Shown here: piece after piece, positions 1 to 8,826 of the stretch | Position numbering within the stretch: the stretch's first letter is position 1 | Layout of the letters: each line of letters begins with the position of its first letter | DNA from: Leptolyngbyaceae cyanobacterium | GTDB lineage: Bacteria > Cyanobacteriota > Cyanobacteriia > CAKZMO01 | DNA length: 35,811 nt | Reading direction: 5' to 3' | NCBI GenBank assembly: GCA_035285885.1 | Contig: JAYKJC010000556.1 | Coordinates: 1 to 35,811 of the forward strand | The notes under the pieces: generated by a model | The model's input: the letters and a program-made list of their open reading frames with translations, nothing else | What the model was told of the DNA's origin: nothing | Database searches by the model: none | Program-made: the position numbers and the translations under genes

Positions 1-510
1 GAAGCCCGACGGTACCGTCGTCGTTCAAAAAAAGATGGGGAATACTCAGATGCGAGTTGCATTTGTTTCCACCCTATACGGTCGAATTAGAGCGAAACCT
101 GTCATAGGATGCACTTAATTAGGATGCCTCTCTACAATTGTCCCGATAGTCGTTCCCTAGAAACGCTCCACATAGGAGCTACTCTTAAGTGGTGGATGTG
201 TTTTTACGAGCTGGTAGGCGACGTGCCTGTATCTGCAAAAGCTTAAATCTACGCAAAATTCCAAACAAACTCCACGTGCAGCTTGATGTGTTGAATCGCG
301 ATGAATTTCAATCGGGGCGTATTAGGTTTCGGTAATGATGGCAATACGCAAGTAGCATCTGACAATTTCAATGAGTTAAGCTACGAGTAGAGTCGATACA
401 GCTTGGTCGTTTAATTTTATTGAGTCAACGTATTGAATTAACGGATCGAATAAACGAATCGAAGAAGCGTATCGAAGTTATCTATCAAAACACCACATCT
501 GGGACTCGTA

Positions 511-867
511 ATGGAACAAGAATTGTTCACAGCGCCTGATCATCGTTCTGTTGTTGTCTTAAAGCCAACAGGACGCCTCGATATTGCGACCGCATGGCAA
601 TTCAGACTCAAGCTGCAAGAATGCATTTCTCAAGTGAGCCCACACGTTGTTGTGAATCTGAGCCAGGTGAACTTTGTCGATAGCTCTGGGTTAACGGCTT
701 TAGTGGCAGGCATGAGAGACGCCGATAAACGGAACGGATCGTTTCGCATTGCGAGCGTCCATCCAGAAGCTCGTCTGGTGTTTGAAGTCACGATGATGGA
801 TTCTGTCTTTGAGATGTTTGAGACTGAGTCAGAAGCATTAAACCAACCCATCGCGAGTCCTGCCTAA
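511..867 (+). CDS. STAS-domain anti-sigma-factor antagonist (SpoIIAA/RsbV-like)
   Basis: 118-aa ORF with an ATG start. It is a single STAS-like domain carrying the characteristic segment VNFVDSSGLTALV (the DSSG phospho-serine position). Confidence 0.8.
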   Translation: MEQELFTAPDHRSVVVLKPTGRLDIATAWQFRLKLQECISQVSPHVVVNLSQVNFVDSSGLTALVAGMRDADKRNGSFRIASVHPEARLVFEVTMMDSVFEMFETESEALNQPIASPA

Positions 868-935
868 TCAATCCACCTTGGCAAACCGTCACGGACACGC
901 GAGAATAGGGAAGCAAATATTCTAACGGTTTCTCT

Positions 936-1676
936 GTGAGCAGCGTTCGTACGGTTTCTGATACAAAGCGTCAATTTTACACACTGCATTCTCGACCGAT
1001 CTCTTCGATCTACCGTCGTATCGTCGAAGAGTTGATCGTAGAAATGCACTTACTATCGGTCAACGTTGATTTTCTGTACAACGCCATTTATGCACTTGGC
1101 GTCGTCACAACGTTTGATCAATTCATGCAGGGCTATCGTCCTGATCAAGACAAGGAATCAATTTTTCAAGCCCTTTGTCGTTCGATTGAATCGGATCCCC
1201 AACGTTATCGCCAGGATGCAGATCAGATTAAGGCTGAAGTCTCGTCTCTCACGAAAGAGTCGTTTCTTTCAATCATTTCTCTTGATGAGAATGCTCCAGA
1301 AGGAACCTTGAAGAGCTTCGTTCGCACGATTACCGAAGCGGACTCCTTTAAGTACAGCCGTCTGTTTGGCATTGGGCTGTATACCCTCCTCAGAACGATT
1401 AGCCCAGACCTCGTCACTGATAAAGAGCAGCAAGAAGAAATTCTTGAAGTGCTGTCGTCCAAGTTGCCACTTCCTGAAGATAAATTGGCGAAGGATGTTG
1501 AAAACTATCAGCTCAATCTTGAGAAGATGATGCAGGCTCAAGAGGTGTTGAATGACATGCTCAAAGCCGACCGCAAAAAGCGTGAAGAACGCGAGGCTCA
1601 GAAAAACACCCAAGAGCAACCCGTAGAGGGGCAGACGACTGACGAAGAGCAGGTTTCTGCACCTCCCGAAGGCTAA
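936..1676 (+). CDS. thf1: Thylakoid formation protein Thf1 / Psb29
   Basis: The N-terminus VSSVRTVSDTKRQFYTLHSRPISSIYRRIVEELIVEMHLL matches the conserved Thf1 N-terminus as I recall it (..RTVSDTKR.FY..H.RPI.SIYRR..EELLVE.HLL). It has a charged coiled-coil tail. The start is GTG. Confidence 0.85.
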   Translation: MSSVRTVSDTKRQFYTLHSRPISSIYRRIVEELIVEMHLLSVNVDFLYNAIYALGVVTTFDQFMQGYRPDQDKESIFQALCRSIESDPQRYRQDADQIKAEVSSLTKESFLSIISLDENAPEGTLKSFVRTITEADSFKYSRLFGIGLYTLLRTISPDLVTDKEQQEEILEVLSSKLPLPEDKLAKDVENYQLNLEKMMQAQEVLNDMLKADRKKREEREAQKNTQEQPVEGQTTDEEQVSAPPEG

Positions 1677-1708
1677 GGCGAGCCGAGCATTAAGTCATGT
1701 AATCAAGC

Positions 1709-1745
1709 AAGGGGCGTTCGGACTCAGTCCGCTCGCCCCTTTGTC
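1709..1745 (+). terminator. Candidate intrinsic terminator after thf1
   Basis: Stem AAGGGGCG...CGCCCCTT (1709-1716 / 1734-1741) with inner stem CGGAC/GTCCG, followed by TTGTCGT. It begins 33 nt after the thf1 stop. Confidence 0.5.
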
Positions 1746-1785
1746 GTGGGGACTACTTGGCCATTAGCGATTTGCAATCGAAAAG

Positions 1786-1820
1786 CAGTTGTGTGGGTTG
1801 CAACGCGCCCCACACAACTG
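1786..1820. repeat. Hairpin repeat, family C copy 1 (CAGTTGTGTGGG-N11-CCCACACAACTG)
   Basis: Perfect 12-bp stem lying between the convergent thf1 and panE genes. It ends 3 nt from the panE stop codon. Related copies are at 10574-10633 and 29011-29070. Confidence 0.7.
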
Positions 1821-1823
1821 TAC

Positions 1824-2786
1824 TTAAACAACGCGCATAGCGCTATGGCGATTGAGGAATGTGAGTTGTTGATAGAGCACCTCTAACTTTGGTGTGGAAA
1901 TCCCTTTCGCCTGTGCGGCCTTCAAGGGATTTCCAAAAATTGCATCGACTTCCATAACGTTTTGGTTCTCAAAGTCAAGCTTCATGCTCGTTCGGTAGGG
2001 TTCCATCGTTTCTGTGTCGGCCAAAATTTTCTCAACATAGTTGTCTTCAATTGTTCGGCTATAGGCAGCGGCGATCGCCCTCACCTCATTCATCAGATCT
2101 TCTGCCAGTTGCCGGATCGCTGGATGATGAATCATCTCATCTGTCGTTGCATCCAGCACCACGGATAAGCCATTAAATGGAATGTTCCACAGCAGCTTTT
2201 GCCAGCGGGCAAGAAGCAGGTCTTCTGAACGAACAATGGGAATGCCCGCCGATTCAAAGTCTTGGGCGATCGCCTCTAACGCATCGCTGATGTTAAGCGG
2301 AGCATAGTCCGGCGCATACTCGCCAATGGCGATCGCCTTATAGTCCACATGTCGAATATGGCCTGGCCCGACTTTGTTTGAGCAAATGAAACACAGCCCT
2401 CCCATGACGCGATGGCGATCGCCCACAATTCCAGCAACCTGTTCCTCGGCGTTCAGTCCATTTTGCAGCAGCAGCACCGTGCTGTGTTCTCCCAGCAGTG
2501 GCGGCAGCAAGATATTGAGGAGGTGATTTTGGGTGGTTTTGAGCGCAACAATAATCACATCGCAGGGCGGCATGGCTTCGACTGATGCATAGACCTGGAC
2601 GGGTGAAAGCTTAAAATCGCCATCGGGTGAGTCCACTTGCAGCCCATGTACCTGGATGTGGTCATAATCGCTGCGGGCCAGAAAGTGGACATCGCAGCCC
2701 GATTTCTGCAAGCACGCGCCATAGTATCCACCAATAGCTCCAGTACCTAGAATTGCGTAACGCCGTAGGGGGGATCGATGCTCCAT
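1824..2786 (-). CDS. panE: 2-dehydropantoate 2-reductase (ketopantoate reductase, ApbA/PanE family)
   Basis: 320 aa. N-terminal Rossmann motif ILGTGAIGGYYG, and the length and architecture of the ApbA/PanE family (the central ..LQNG.. and the C-terminal ApbA_C-like half). Confidence 0.8.
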   Translation of the reverse strand: MEHRSPLRRYAILGTGAIGGYYGACLQKSGCDVHFLARSDYDHIQVHGLQVDSPDGDFKLSPVQVYASVEAMPPCDVIIVALKTTQNHLLNILLPPLLGEHSTVLLLQNGLNAEEQVAGIVGDRHRVMGGLCFICSNKVGPGHIRHVDYKAIAIGEYAPDYAPLNISDALEAIAQDFESAGIPIVRSEDLLLARWQKLLWNIPFNGLSVVLDATTDEMIHHPAIRQLAEDLMNEVRAIAAAYSRTIEDNYVEKILADTETMEPYRTSMKLDFENQNVMEVDAIFGNPLKAAQAKGISTPKLEVLYQQLTFLNRHSAMRVV

Positions 2787-3049
2787 GAGAGAGAAAGGGG
2801 TAAACCAGCAAATATCTTTACATCTTAAGGACTACCCCTGTGAGGTTTTGAAACGATTATCAGAAGTTTAACAAAGCCTGTTAATGTGATTAAGCGGTAG
2901 AAGCGTCCACCTGTAGCCCTACGCTGGTGCGTTAGGAGATTGATACAGGCGTAGCCCCGCTGTGCGGGAGTCTGCTCACACACTAACCCCGTGGAGCTAT
3001 ATGATGAGACGTTGACCGTGATGGCTGGGTTTAGTGCGAAGCCGTTACT

Positions 3050-3200
3050 AGACCCGTTGCTTTGAGAGCAACGGTGGGGAAAGTCCAGTGAAAGTCTGGC
3101 GCTGTCCCGCAACTGTGTTGGAGGAGGAACGAATAGCAAGGGACACCTCTGCTATTCGTTCCTCCTCGCTAAGTCAGAATGCCCACCAGTCAGTTGTCGT
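3050..3200 (+). promoter_or_regulatory. Cobalamin (B12) riboswitch in the cobW leader
   Basis: The core GGTGGGGAAAGTCCAGTGAAAGTCTGGCGCTGTCCCGCAACTGTG (3073-3117) matches the conserved cobalamin aptamer core (GGGAA..C.GGTG..A..C.G..GCTG.CCCGCAACTGT). A B12-box-like AAGTCAGAATGCCCACC lies at 3171-3187. GGTGGG (3073-3078) pairs with CCCACC (3182-3187). An 18-bp perfect peripheral helix spans 3121-3138/3150-3167. The element ends about 45 nt before the cobW ATG. Confidence 0.85.
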
Positions 3201-3235
3201 TTCACTCATCTGCGAGGCACAGATGAATACAAACC

Positions 3236-4291
3236 ATGCATAAAATTCCAGTAACCGTGATCACGGGTTTTCTTGGAGCCGGAAAAACAACGCTCATCCG
3301 CCACCTCCTACAGCACAATCAGGGCAGACGGATCGCCGTCTTGGTGAACGAATTTGGAGAAGTTGGCATTGACGGTGAGCTGCTCCAATCCTGCCAGATG
3401 TGTGACGATGAGGATGACGCACCCAACACTATTCTTGAACTGACGAATGGCTGTCTGTGCTGTACTGTGCAAGAAGAATTTTTGCCGACGATGCAAGAGT
3501 TGCTGAAGCGGCGCGATCGCATTGACTGCATTGTGGTCGAAACATCGGGACTGGCGCTTCCCAAGCCCCTAGTGCAAGCCTTTCGCTGGCCAGAAATTCG
3601 CACCGGAGCAACGGTGGATGGCGTGATTACGGTCGTGGACGGAGAGGCGATCGCCAACGGTCAGTTTGTCGATGATGAAGCAGCCCTTGATGCCCAACGC
3701 GCCGACGATCCGAGCCTCGATCACGAAACTCCCTTAGAAGAATTGTTCCATGATCAGCTGTCCTGCGCGGATTTGATCGTGCTCACCAAAACCGACCGCA
3801 TCTCTGACGAGACTCGTGCCCGAGTGGAAGCGTGGCTCAAAACCGAAGTGCCAAGCAGCGTGAAGATTCTGCCCTGTCATCAAGGCACCATTGCTCCTGA
3901 TGTGCTGTTGGGCTTTAATGCCGCCGTGGAAGACCACCTGGACTCGCGCCCCAGCCATCATGACCACGAAGAGGAGCACGATCACGATGACGACATTCAG
4001 TCCGTGGAGGTGACCCTGCCTGATCCCTGCGACCCAACCGTGCTGATTCAACGACTGAAGCAGTTGGTTGCAGATCATGAGATTTATCGCATCAAAGGGT
4101 TCGTTGCTGTGCCTGATAAGATGATGCGTTTAGTGGTACAAGGAGTGGGCGATCGCTTCGATTCCTTTTACGATCGAAAGTGGCGACCTGATGAACCCAA
4201 AGTCACCCGACTGGTCATCATTGGTCGTGGGCTAGACGCAGGGATCATTACATCAAAAGTTCTTGGAAAAATGCTGACGCCCACAACTTAG
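3236..4291 (+). CDS. cobW: CobW-type G3E-family GTPase / metallochaperone
   Basis: Walker A GFLGAGKTT, metal-binding GCLCCT motif, His/Asp-rich stretch HHDHEEEHDHDDD and a CobW_C-like C-terminus. It lies directly downstream of a B12 riboswitch. Confidence 0.85.
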   Translation: MHKIPVTVITGFLGAGKTTLIRHLLQHNQGRRIAVLVNEFGEVGIDGELLQSCQMCDDEDDAPNTILELTNGCLCCTVQEEFLPTMQELLKRRDRIDCIVVETSGLALPKPLVQAFRWPEIRTGATVDGVITVVDGEAIANGQFVDDEAALDAQRADDPSLDHETPLEELFHDQLSCADLIVLTKTDRISDETRARVEAWLKTEVPSSVKILPCHQGTIAPDVLLGFNAAVEDHLDSRPSHHDHEEEHDHDDDIQSVEVTLPDPCDPTVLIQRLKQLVADHEIYRIKGFVAVPDKMMRLVVQGVGDRFDSFYDRKWRPDEPKVTRLVIIGRGLDAGIITSKVLGKMLTPTT

Positions 4292-4466
4292 CTGTCCATC
4301 GTTCTAAACCTAGTAGAAATTCCCATTGATTTGGCTCAATAATTTGAACGATGTGCATTTTAGTATTGACAATGAGTCAGCCTTAAAATGAGAACTCTCA
4401 TCACTTTAATGGCTTACACACTACGTTCATTCTCCTTCGTTGACGTTCTACGTTTGTTCGCATCAC

Positions 4467-4901
4467 ATGACACATACACTCGAAAATATTCAGGCATCCA
4501 GCAAAAAAAATAACCCTTCCTCTTCCTTCGTTGATGACATGGTCACTCTGGATACTGAACTGTCTAACCGTCATATTGACCTTGATCCCGCAGGCTATTT
4601 TCTGATTTATCTTGACCGAGAAAAGCATCTGATTTGTGCGGCGCTCTATAGCAACGACATCAATGAAAAAGGCGTTGCCGTTGACCCAGAAACAGGTAAA
4701 CCTATTCCCTGTAATCGCCCCGTAAAACGGACTCCTGTTCAGGTCTTTACCGGACGAACCGCAAAAGAACTCGGTATGAAAATCACGGAGCAAACGCAGC
4801 CTTGTCCACTCACGCGCTTTGATCATGCGCTTTACTTGGGACGCGAATTTGTCAGAGCGGAGCTGGCGCTGATTTCGGGACAGGAATATATTCAAGATTA
4901 A
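4467..4901 (+). CDS. DUF4346-domain protein
   Basis: The core LDPAGYFLIYLD...GRTAKEL...HALYLGREFVRAELALISGQEYIQD resembles the DUF4346 family. The track ORF starts at TTG 4440; I prefer ATG 4467, but the start is uncertain. Confidence 0.55.
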   Translation: MTHTLENIQASSKKNNPSSSFVDDMVTLDTELSNRHIDLDPAGYFLIYLDREKHLICAALYSNDINEKGVAVDPETGKPIPCNRPVKRTPVQVFTGRTAKELGMKITEQTQPCPLTRFDHALYLGREFVRAELALISGQEYIQD

Positions 4902-4955
4902 TGGCGCAAGGAGGTGGGGGGAATGAATTCAGGCGATGGGAAATCCTTTGTCCTG

Positions 4956-4961
4956 TATAAT
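4956..4961 (+). promoter_or_regulatory. Candidate -10 box (TATAAT) of sulfotransferase paralogue 1
   Basis: A perfect TATAAT sits inside the block TGTCCTGTATAATC. The same block recurs upstream of paralogue 2. It lies 33 nt before ATG 4994. Confidence 0.4.
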
Positions 4962-4993
4962 CTGGTGAGCTTCTTGGTTGGGTTAGCATTTGC

Positions 4994-5995
4994 ATGAAAT
5001 CACCCGTCATCCCATCTCTTCAGAATCACACAGCGCCCCCCATCGACGTTTTAGATCCCCATGAAGCACTGATTTTTTTGCACCTCACCAAAACGGGTGG
5101 AACGAGTCTGTTTCGTCTTCTGAAGCAACACTATGCAAAACCACAAACCTTTCATTACGGCAGCAAACCCGGTCGAACGCTCCAGGACTTTGAAAACTTG
5201 TCGCTTGAACAGCGGGCTCATCTGAAATTTATTCATGGGCATCTAGAATTTGGGTTTCACAAACGGCTAGATCAGTCCTGTCGCTACATCACCCTATTGC
5301 GGGAACCCATCAGCCGAGTTGTTTCAGAATATTATTTCTTGCATCAGAATCCCCGAAGCCCTATTTCTAAAAAATATCGCTTGGCCTCTTTACGGGATTT
5401 TCTATCGCAGAATTACCTGACGGTTGACAACTATCAAACCCGCTCCATCGCTGGATCACTGTCCAACCAATTCAAATTTGGCGAGTGCCAGACTGAGCTA
5501 TTGGAGGCGGCTAAGTTCAACCTTGCTCAATTTTTGTGGGTGGGCATCACTGACCGATTTGATGAATCGCTTCTTCTCCTCAAGCATCAGTTGGGGCTCA
5601 AGAAAATCTTATATTCTCCCTTTAATCAAAACTCCCGAAAACCTCAGCTAAACACGATTGATGAGTGCGATATCGAATACATTCGGGCATTGAATCAGCT
5701 TGATCTTGAGCTGTATCAATTCGGCAATGAATTGTTGTCTCAGGCCATCGAGCAAATTGGAGGTTCTTTTAGAGCGGAGTATCACCTTTTTCAACATGCA
5801 AATCAGCACTATCGTGCGACTACGTCAGCTATTAAATTAGAACAGAAAAAACAGCGGAAAATTAGAACTAAGATTCGAGCCATTCGCCAGTCTCGACAGC
5901 AGATTGTGCAGATGAAAAAGAGAATTCAGAATGAAACCAACGAAATTTCCAAAAGTCGCCTCTTTCGACTCTTGCGACGGTTGGGAATGGGCTAA
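4994..5995 (+). CDS. Sulfotransferase-family protein (paralogue 1)
   Basis: A PAPS 5'-phosphosulfate loop-like motif LHLTKTGGTSL and a 3'-phosphate motif LLREPISRVVSEYYF. The tail is basic and coiled-coil-like, ending in SRLFRLLRRLG. Confidence 0.7.
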   Translation: MKSPVIPSLQNHTAPPIDVLDPHEALIFLHLTKTGGTSLFRLLKQHYAKPQTFHYGSKPGRTLQDFENLSLEQRAHLKFIHGHLEFGFHKRLDQSCRYITLLREPISRVVSEYYFLHQNPRSPISKKYRLASLRDFLSQNYLTVDNYQTRSIAGSLSNQFKFGECQTELLEAAKFNLAQFLWVGITDRFDESLLLLKHQLGLKKILYSPFNQNSRKPQLNTIDECDIEYIRALNQLDLELYQFGNELLSQAIEQIGGSFRAEYHLFQHANQHYRATTSAIKLEQKKQRKIRTKIRAIRQSRQQIVQMKKRIQNETNEISKSRLFRLLRRLGMG

Positions 5996-6019
5996 TTCAT
6001 GGAAATTTACTCTGTCCTG

Positions 6020-6025
6020 TATAAT
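6020..6025 (+). promoter_or_regulatory. Candidate -10 box (TATAAT) of sulfotransferase paralogue 2
   Basis: The same TGTCCTGTATAATC block as at 4949-4962, lying 33 nt before ATG 6058. Confidence 0.4.
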
Positions 6026-6057
6026 CCGATGAGTACATCGGCCCGTTTATGGATTGC

Positions 6058-7059
6058 ATGAAACCATCTGCTCTGGAGTCTTTTCATCCTCACAATGAAG
6101 CACACATCGAGCAACTAAAACTCAATGAAACTCTGATTTTTTTGCATGTGATGAAGACAGGTGGAACCAGTCTCTTTCGGATACTGGAGCAAAACTATCC
6201 ATCCCAACACACCTTTCATTTCGGCAACCAGGAAGGGCGAACGCTTGAGGACTTTGATAACTTATCCCTCGAAACGCGCGATCGCTTGAAATTAATTCAT
6301 GGGCATCTAGAATTTGGGTTTCATCATCACTTGAGTCAACCCTGTCGCTACATCACCATGTTGAGAGAACCGATTAACCGAGTGGTGTCGCTCTATTATT
6401 TTCTGTATCAAAATCCTCCGCGACGCCCCCCGGAAGGCCCGCCCTGTGAAACCTTACGCGATTTCTTGGAGCTTGGTGTTCTTGGAGTTGACAACAATCA
6501 AACTCGGCGCATTGCTGGAGAGATTTCTAATCACTACCCCTTTGGAGAATGTACTGCTGACCTGCTGGACATAGCGAAAGAAAATCTTTCTAAGTTCTTG
6601 TTTGTAGGAATTACTGAACAATTTGATGAGTCTCTTATTGTTCTGAGGCGTAAGTTAGGCATCGATAAGATCTTATATTTTCCCGTTAGAAGCAACTCCA
6701 GGAAACCTAAACTAGAAACTGTTGACCCGCGAGATATTGAGCACATTAAGGCATTCAACCAGCTTGATATTGAACTGTATCAATTTGGAAATGAATTACT
6801 TGAGCAAGTGATTCGCCAAGCGGGCGATTCTTTTAGAACGGAATACTATTTTTTCAAGCTTGCCAATCAGCAATATCGTTCGAAAATTTCAGAGGTCGCG
6901 TCAGTCAAGACAAAAATCCAAAAGACCAGGAAGAAAATCCGACGCACTCACCAGGCACGCCACCAGTTCAGTCAGGCCAAAAAGCGCGTTCAAGATGACA
7001 TAACGGCGATCGCCCACAGTCGTCTTTTTCGCTTCCTTCAGCGACTAGGCATTCGCTAA
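6058..7059 (+). CDS. Sulfotransferase-family protein (paralogue 2)
   Basis: Motifs LHVMKTGGTSL and MLREPINRVVSLYYF, with a tail ending SRLFRFLQRLG. It is collinear with paralogue 1 over its whole length. ATG 6058 (TGCATGAAACCA) matches the start context of paralogue 1 (TGCATGAAATCA); the track ORF starts at 6049. Confidence 0.7.
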   Translation: MKPSALESFHPHNEAHIEQLKLNETLIFLHVMKTGGTSLFRILEQNYPSQHTFHFGNQEGRTLEDFDNLSLETRDRLKLIHGHLEFGFHHHLSQPCRYITMLREPINRVVSLYYFLYQNPPRRPPEGPPCETLRDFLELGVLGVDNNQTRRIAGEISNHYPFGECTADLLDIAKENLSKFLFVGITEQFDESLIVLRRKLGIDKILYFPVRSNSRKPKLETVDPRDIEHIKAFNQLDIELYQFGNELLEQVIRQAGDSFRTEYYFFKLANQQYRSKISEVASVKTKIQKTRKKIRRTHQARHQFSQAKKRVQDDITAIAHSRLFRFLQRLGIR

Positions 7060-7881
7060 CCCCTTCAGCACATCCAAGGCTTCTTGGGCTGACGAATAGC
7101 GCGACGACACGGTTAACTCGGTCATTCGCTGTATCCATTCTCCAAATGCGGTGCTGCATGACTCAAATTGAGCCACATCTATCTTCGAGTTCTTCCGAGG
7201 AAACTCGCTGGGCGGTAACCCCGTTAACAGATTCACCAGCGACATCCCTAAGCTATACAAGTCAGAGGTCAGCAGCCCCCGACCACTCATCAGCTCAGGA
7301 GCCATATAGTTCTCATCTCCAACGAGAGACATGATTGTGGTGTTGGATGGCTTGCTCGCCAATCGCTTGACTGAACCAAAGTCCACTAAATAAATTTGTG
7401 ATTTTTGCTCCGATGGATTTTCTTCCGATGTGCTAGAAATCAGAATATTACTGGGCTTAATATCTCGATGAATGATGGAAGGCTCGTTATTGTGTAAGTA
7501 AATGAGAATTCTGAGGATCGCCCGTGCAACCTTCTGAACTTCTGCCTCGGAAAAAAGACGCCCTTTTTTCAAATATTTGTCGACTGACACACCCTCGATA
7601 TAGCTCTGGACAAGCACCATCGCTTTCATCTGCTTGGGTAAGTCAATTTCAAAGTAGTCCAAATGTTTGGGGATGGAAGGATGGTTGAGCGATCGCAAAA
7701 TCTCCACTTCTCGCTCAAACAGCTTGACCGTATCAGGATGCAGGTCATCGTCAATAGAAATCATCTTGAGTATGACTGGCGTTTCTGTTTCGATATTGGT
7801 CGCCAGCAGAGTCCATCGGCCCGCCTGCCGTCCCAATTGTTTTTCAACTTTGTAGCGATCGCCCAGAATTTGACCAGCCAT
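7045..7881 (-). CDS. Ser/Thr protein kinase (kinase domain only)
   Basis: HRDIKPSNIL catalytic loop, DFG, YMAPE and a VILKM lysine. The glycine-rich loop is degenerate (LGRQAGRWT). The 3' end overlaps the convergent sulfotransferase gene by 15 nt. Confidence 0.8.
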   Translation of the reverse strand: MAGQILGDRYKVEKQLGRQAGRWTLLATNIETETPVILKMISIDDDLHPDTVKLFEREVEILRSLNHPSIPKHLDYFEIDLPKQMKAMVLVQSYIEGVSVDKYLKKGRLFSEAEVQKVARAILRILIYLHNNEPSIIHRDIKPSNILISSTSEENPSEQKSQIYLVDFGSVKRLASKPSNTTIMSLVGDENYMAPELMSGRGLLTSDLYSLGMSLVNLLTGLPPSEFPRKNSKIDVAQFESCSTAFGEWIQRMTELTVSSRYSSAQEALDVLKGLANA

Positions 7882-8085
7882 AGTTCTATACTTTTCTATG
7901 ACACTATTTTCTATGAGACTAAATGTTAGACAACATCATGAATGTTTGGAACAGCCATGATGCCACACTTTACCCTTCGTTTACTTACGTAAAGGATTTA
8001 CGGGAATGCACCGTGACTTGACTAGTGTATCCTTGAAATTCTAAAGCTGCGATTCTTCTTTGCGATCAAAATTTGGCCACTTGGT

Positions 8086-8826
8086 ATGTCAACTTCTGCT
8101 CAATCCTCCGTTCGTCAAGATCTACACCCTTCAATTCAAAAGCTTGCCACGTTGATTATTGATACATGGAGCCAATACCTGGAGCTATCTCCTTATGTAT
8201 TGCCGGATGACCTTGGTTACGTGGAAGGCCGACTCGAAGGGGAGAAGTTGGTCATTGAAAATCAGTGTTTTCAGACTCCCCAGTTTCGCAAGATGCATTT
8301 AGAAATTGCAAAAGTTGGCAAAGCGCTGGATATTCTGCACTGCGTCATGTTTCCGAGACCAGACTTTAATTTGCCGATGTTTGGCACAGATATTGTAGGG
8401 GGACGGGGTCAAATTAGTGCAGCGATTGTTGACTTGTCTCCCATGAGTGCTGAGCGATTGTTGCCCGAAAACTACCAACGCGATTTACAAGCCCTCTCAA
8501 CAATTGACTTTTCGCAACCCCGCCCCTTGCCAGAATGGGGCAGCATTTTTTCAGATTTTTGTCTCTTTATTCGACCCGATCATACGAATAATGAAGAAGA
8601 GCAGTTTATTCAACGGGTCGGTGATTTCCTTCGGATTCATTGTCAGCATGCCCAGTCAGCAATCCCCGTTCCAGACCAGCGTGACGAACACTTAGCTGGA
8701 CAATTTCGGTATTGTACGCAGCAACAAAGAAATGATAAAACCCGACGCATTCTTGAAAAAGCCTTCGGGAACGAGTGGGCCGAACGCTACATGACCACTG
8801 TCCTATTTGATGTTCCAGAACGTTAG
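8086..8826 (+). CDS. pcyA: Phycocyanobilin:ferredoxin oxidoreductase
   Basis: 246 aa. The segment [53 protein letters not shown] is typical of PcyA. Confidence 0.85.
   Translation: MSTSAQSSVRQDLHPSIQKLATLIIDTWSQYLELSPYVLPDDLGYVEGRLEGEKLVIENQCFQTPQFRKMHLEIAKVGKALDILHCVMFPRPDFNLPMFGTDIVGGRGQISAAIVDLSPMSAERLLPENYQRDLQALSTIDFSQPRPLPEWGSIFSDFCLFIRPDHTNNEEEQFIQRVGDFLRIHCQHAQSAIPVPDQRDEHLAGQFRYCTQQQRNDKTRRILEKAFGNEWAERYMTTVLFDVPER

Noticed and set aside
2825-3139. 104-aa minus-strand ORF
   Set aside because: It runs antisense through the cobalamin riboswitch core and has no protein-like features.
3957-3998. His/Asp-rich coding stretch in cobW as a repeat or insertion
   Set aside because: His-rich segments are a normal feature of COG0523/CobW metallochaperones.
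4160-6280. HIP1-free stretches (also 1-2070, 7860-11010 and 22700-25040) as evidence of foreign DNA
   Set aside because: Gaps of this size also cover clearly native core genes (pcyA, accD), so HIP1 absence alone is not informative. Only the low GC of 4.9-7.9 kb is kept, as a weak hint.
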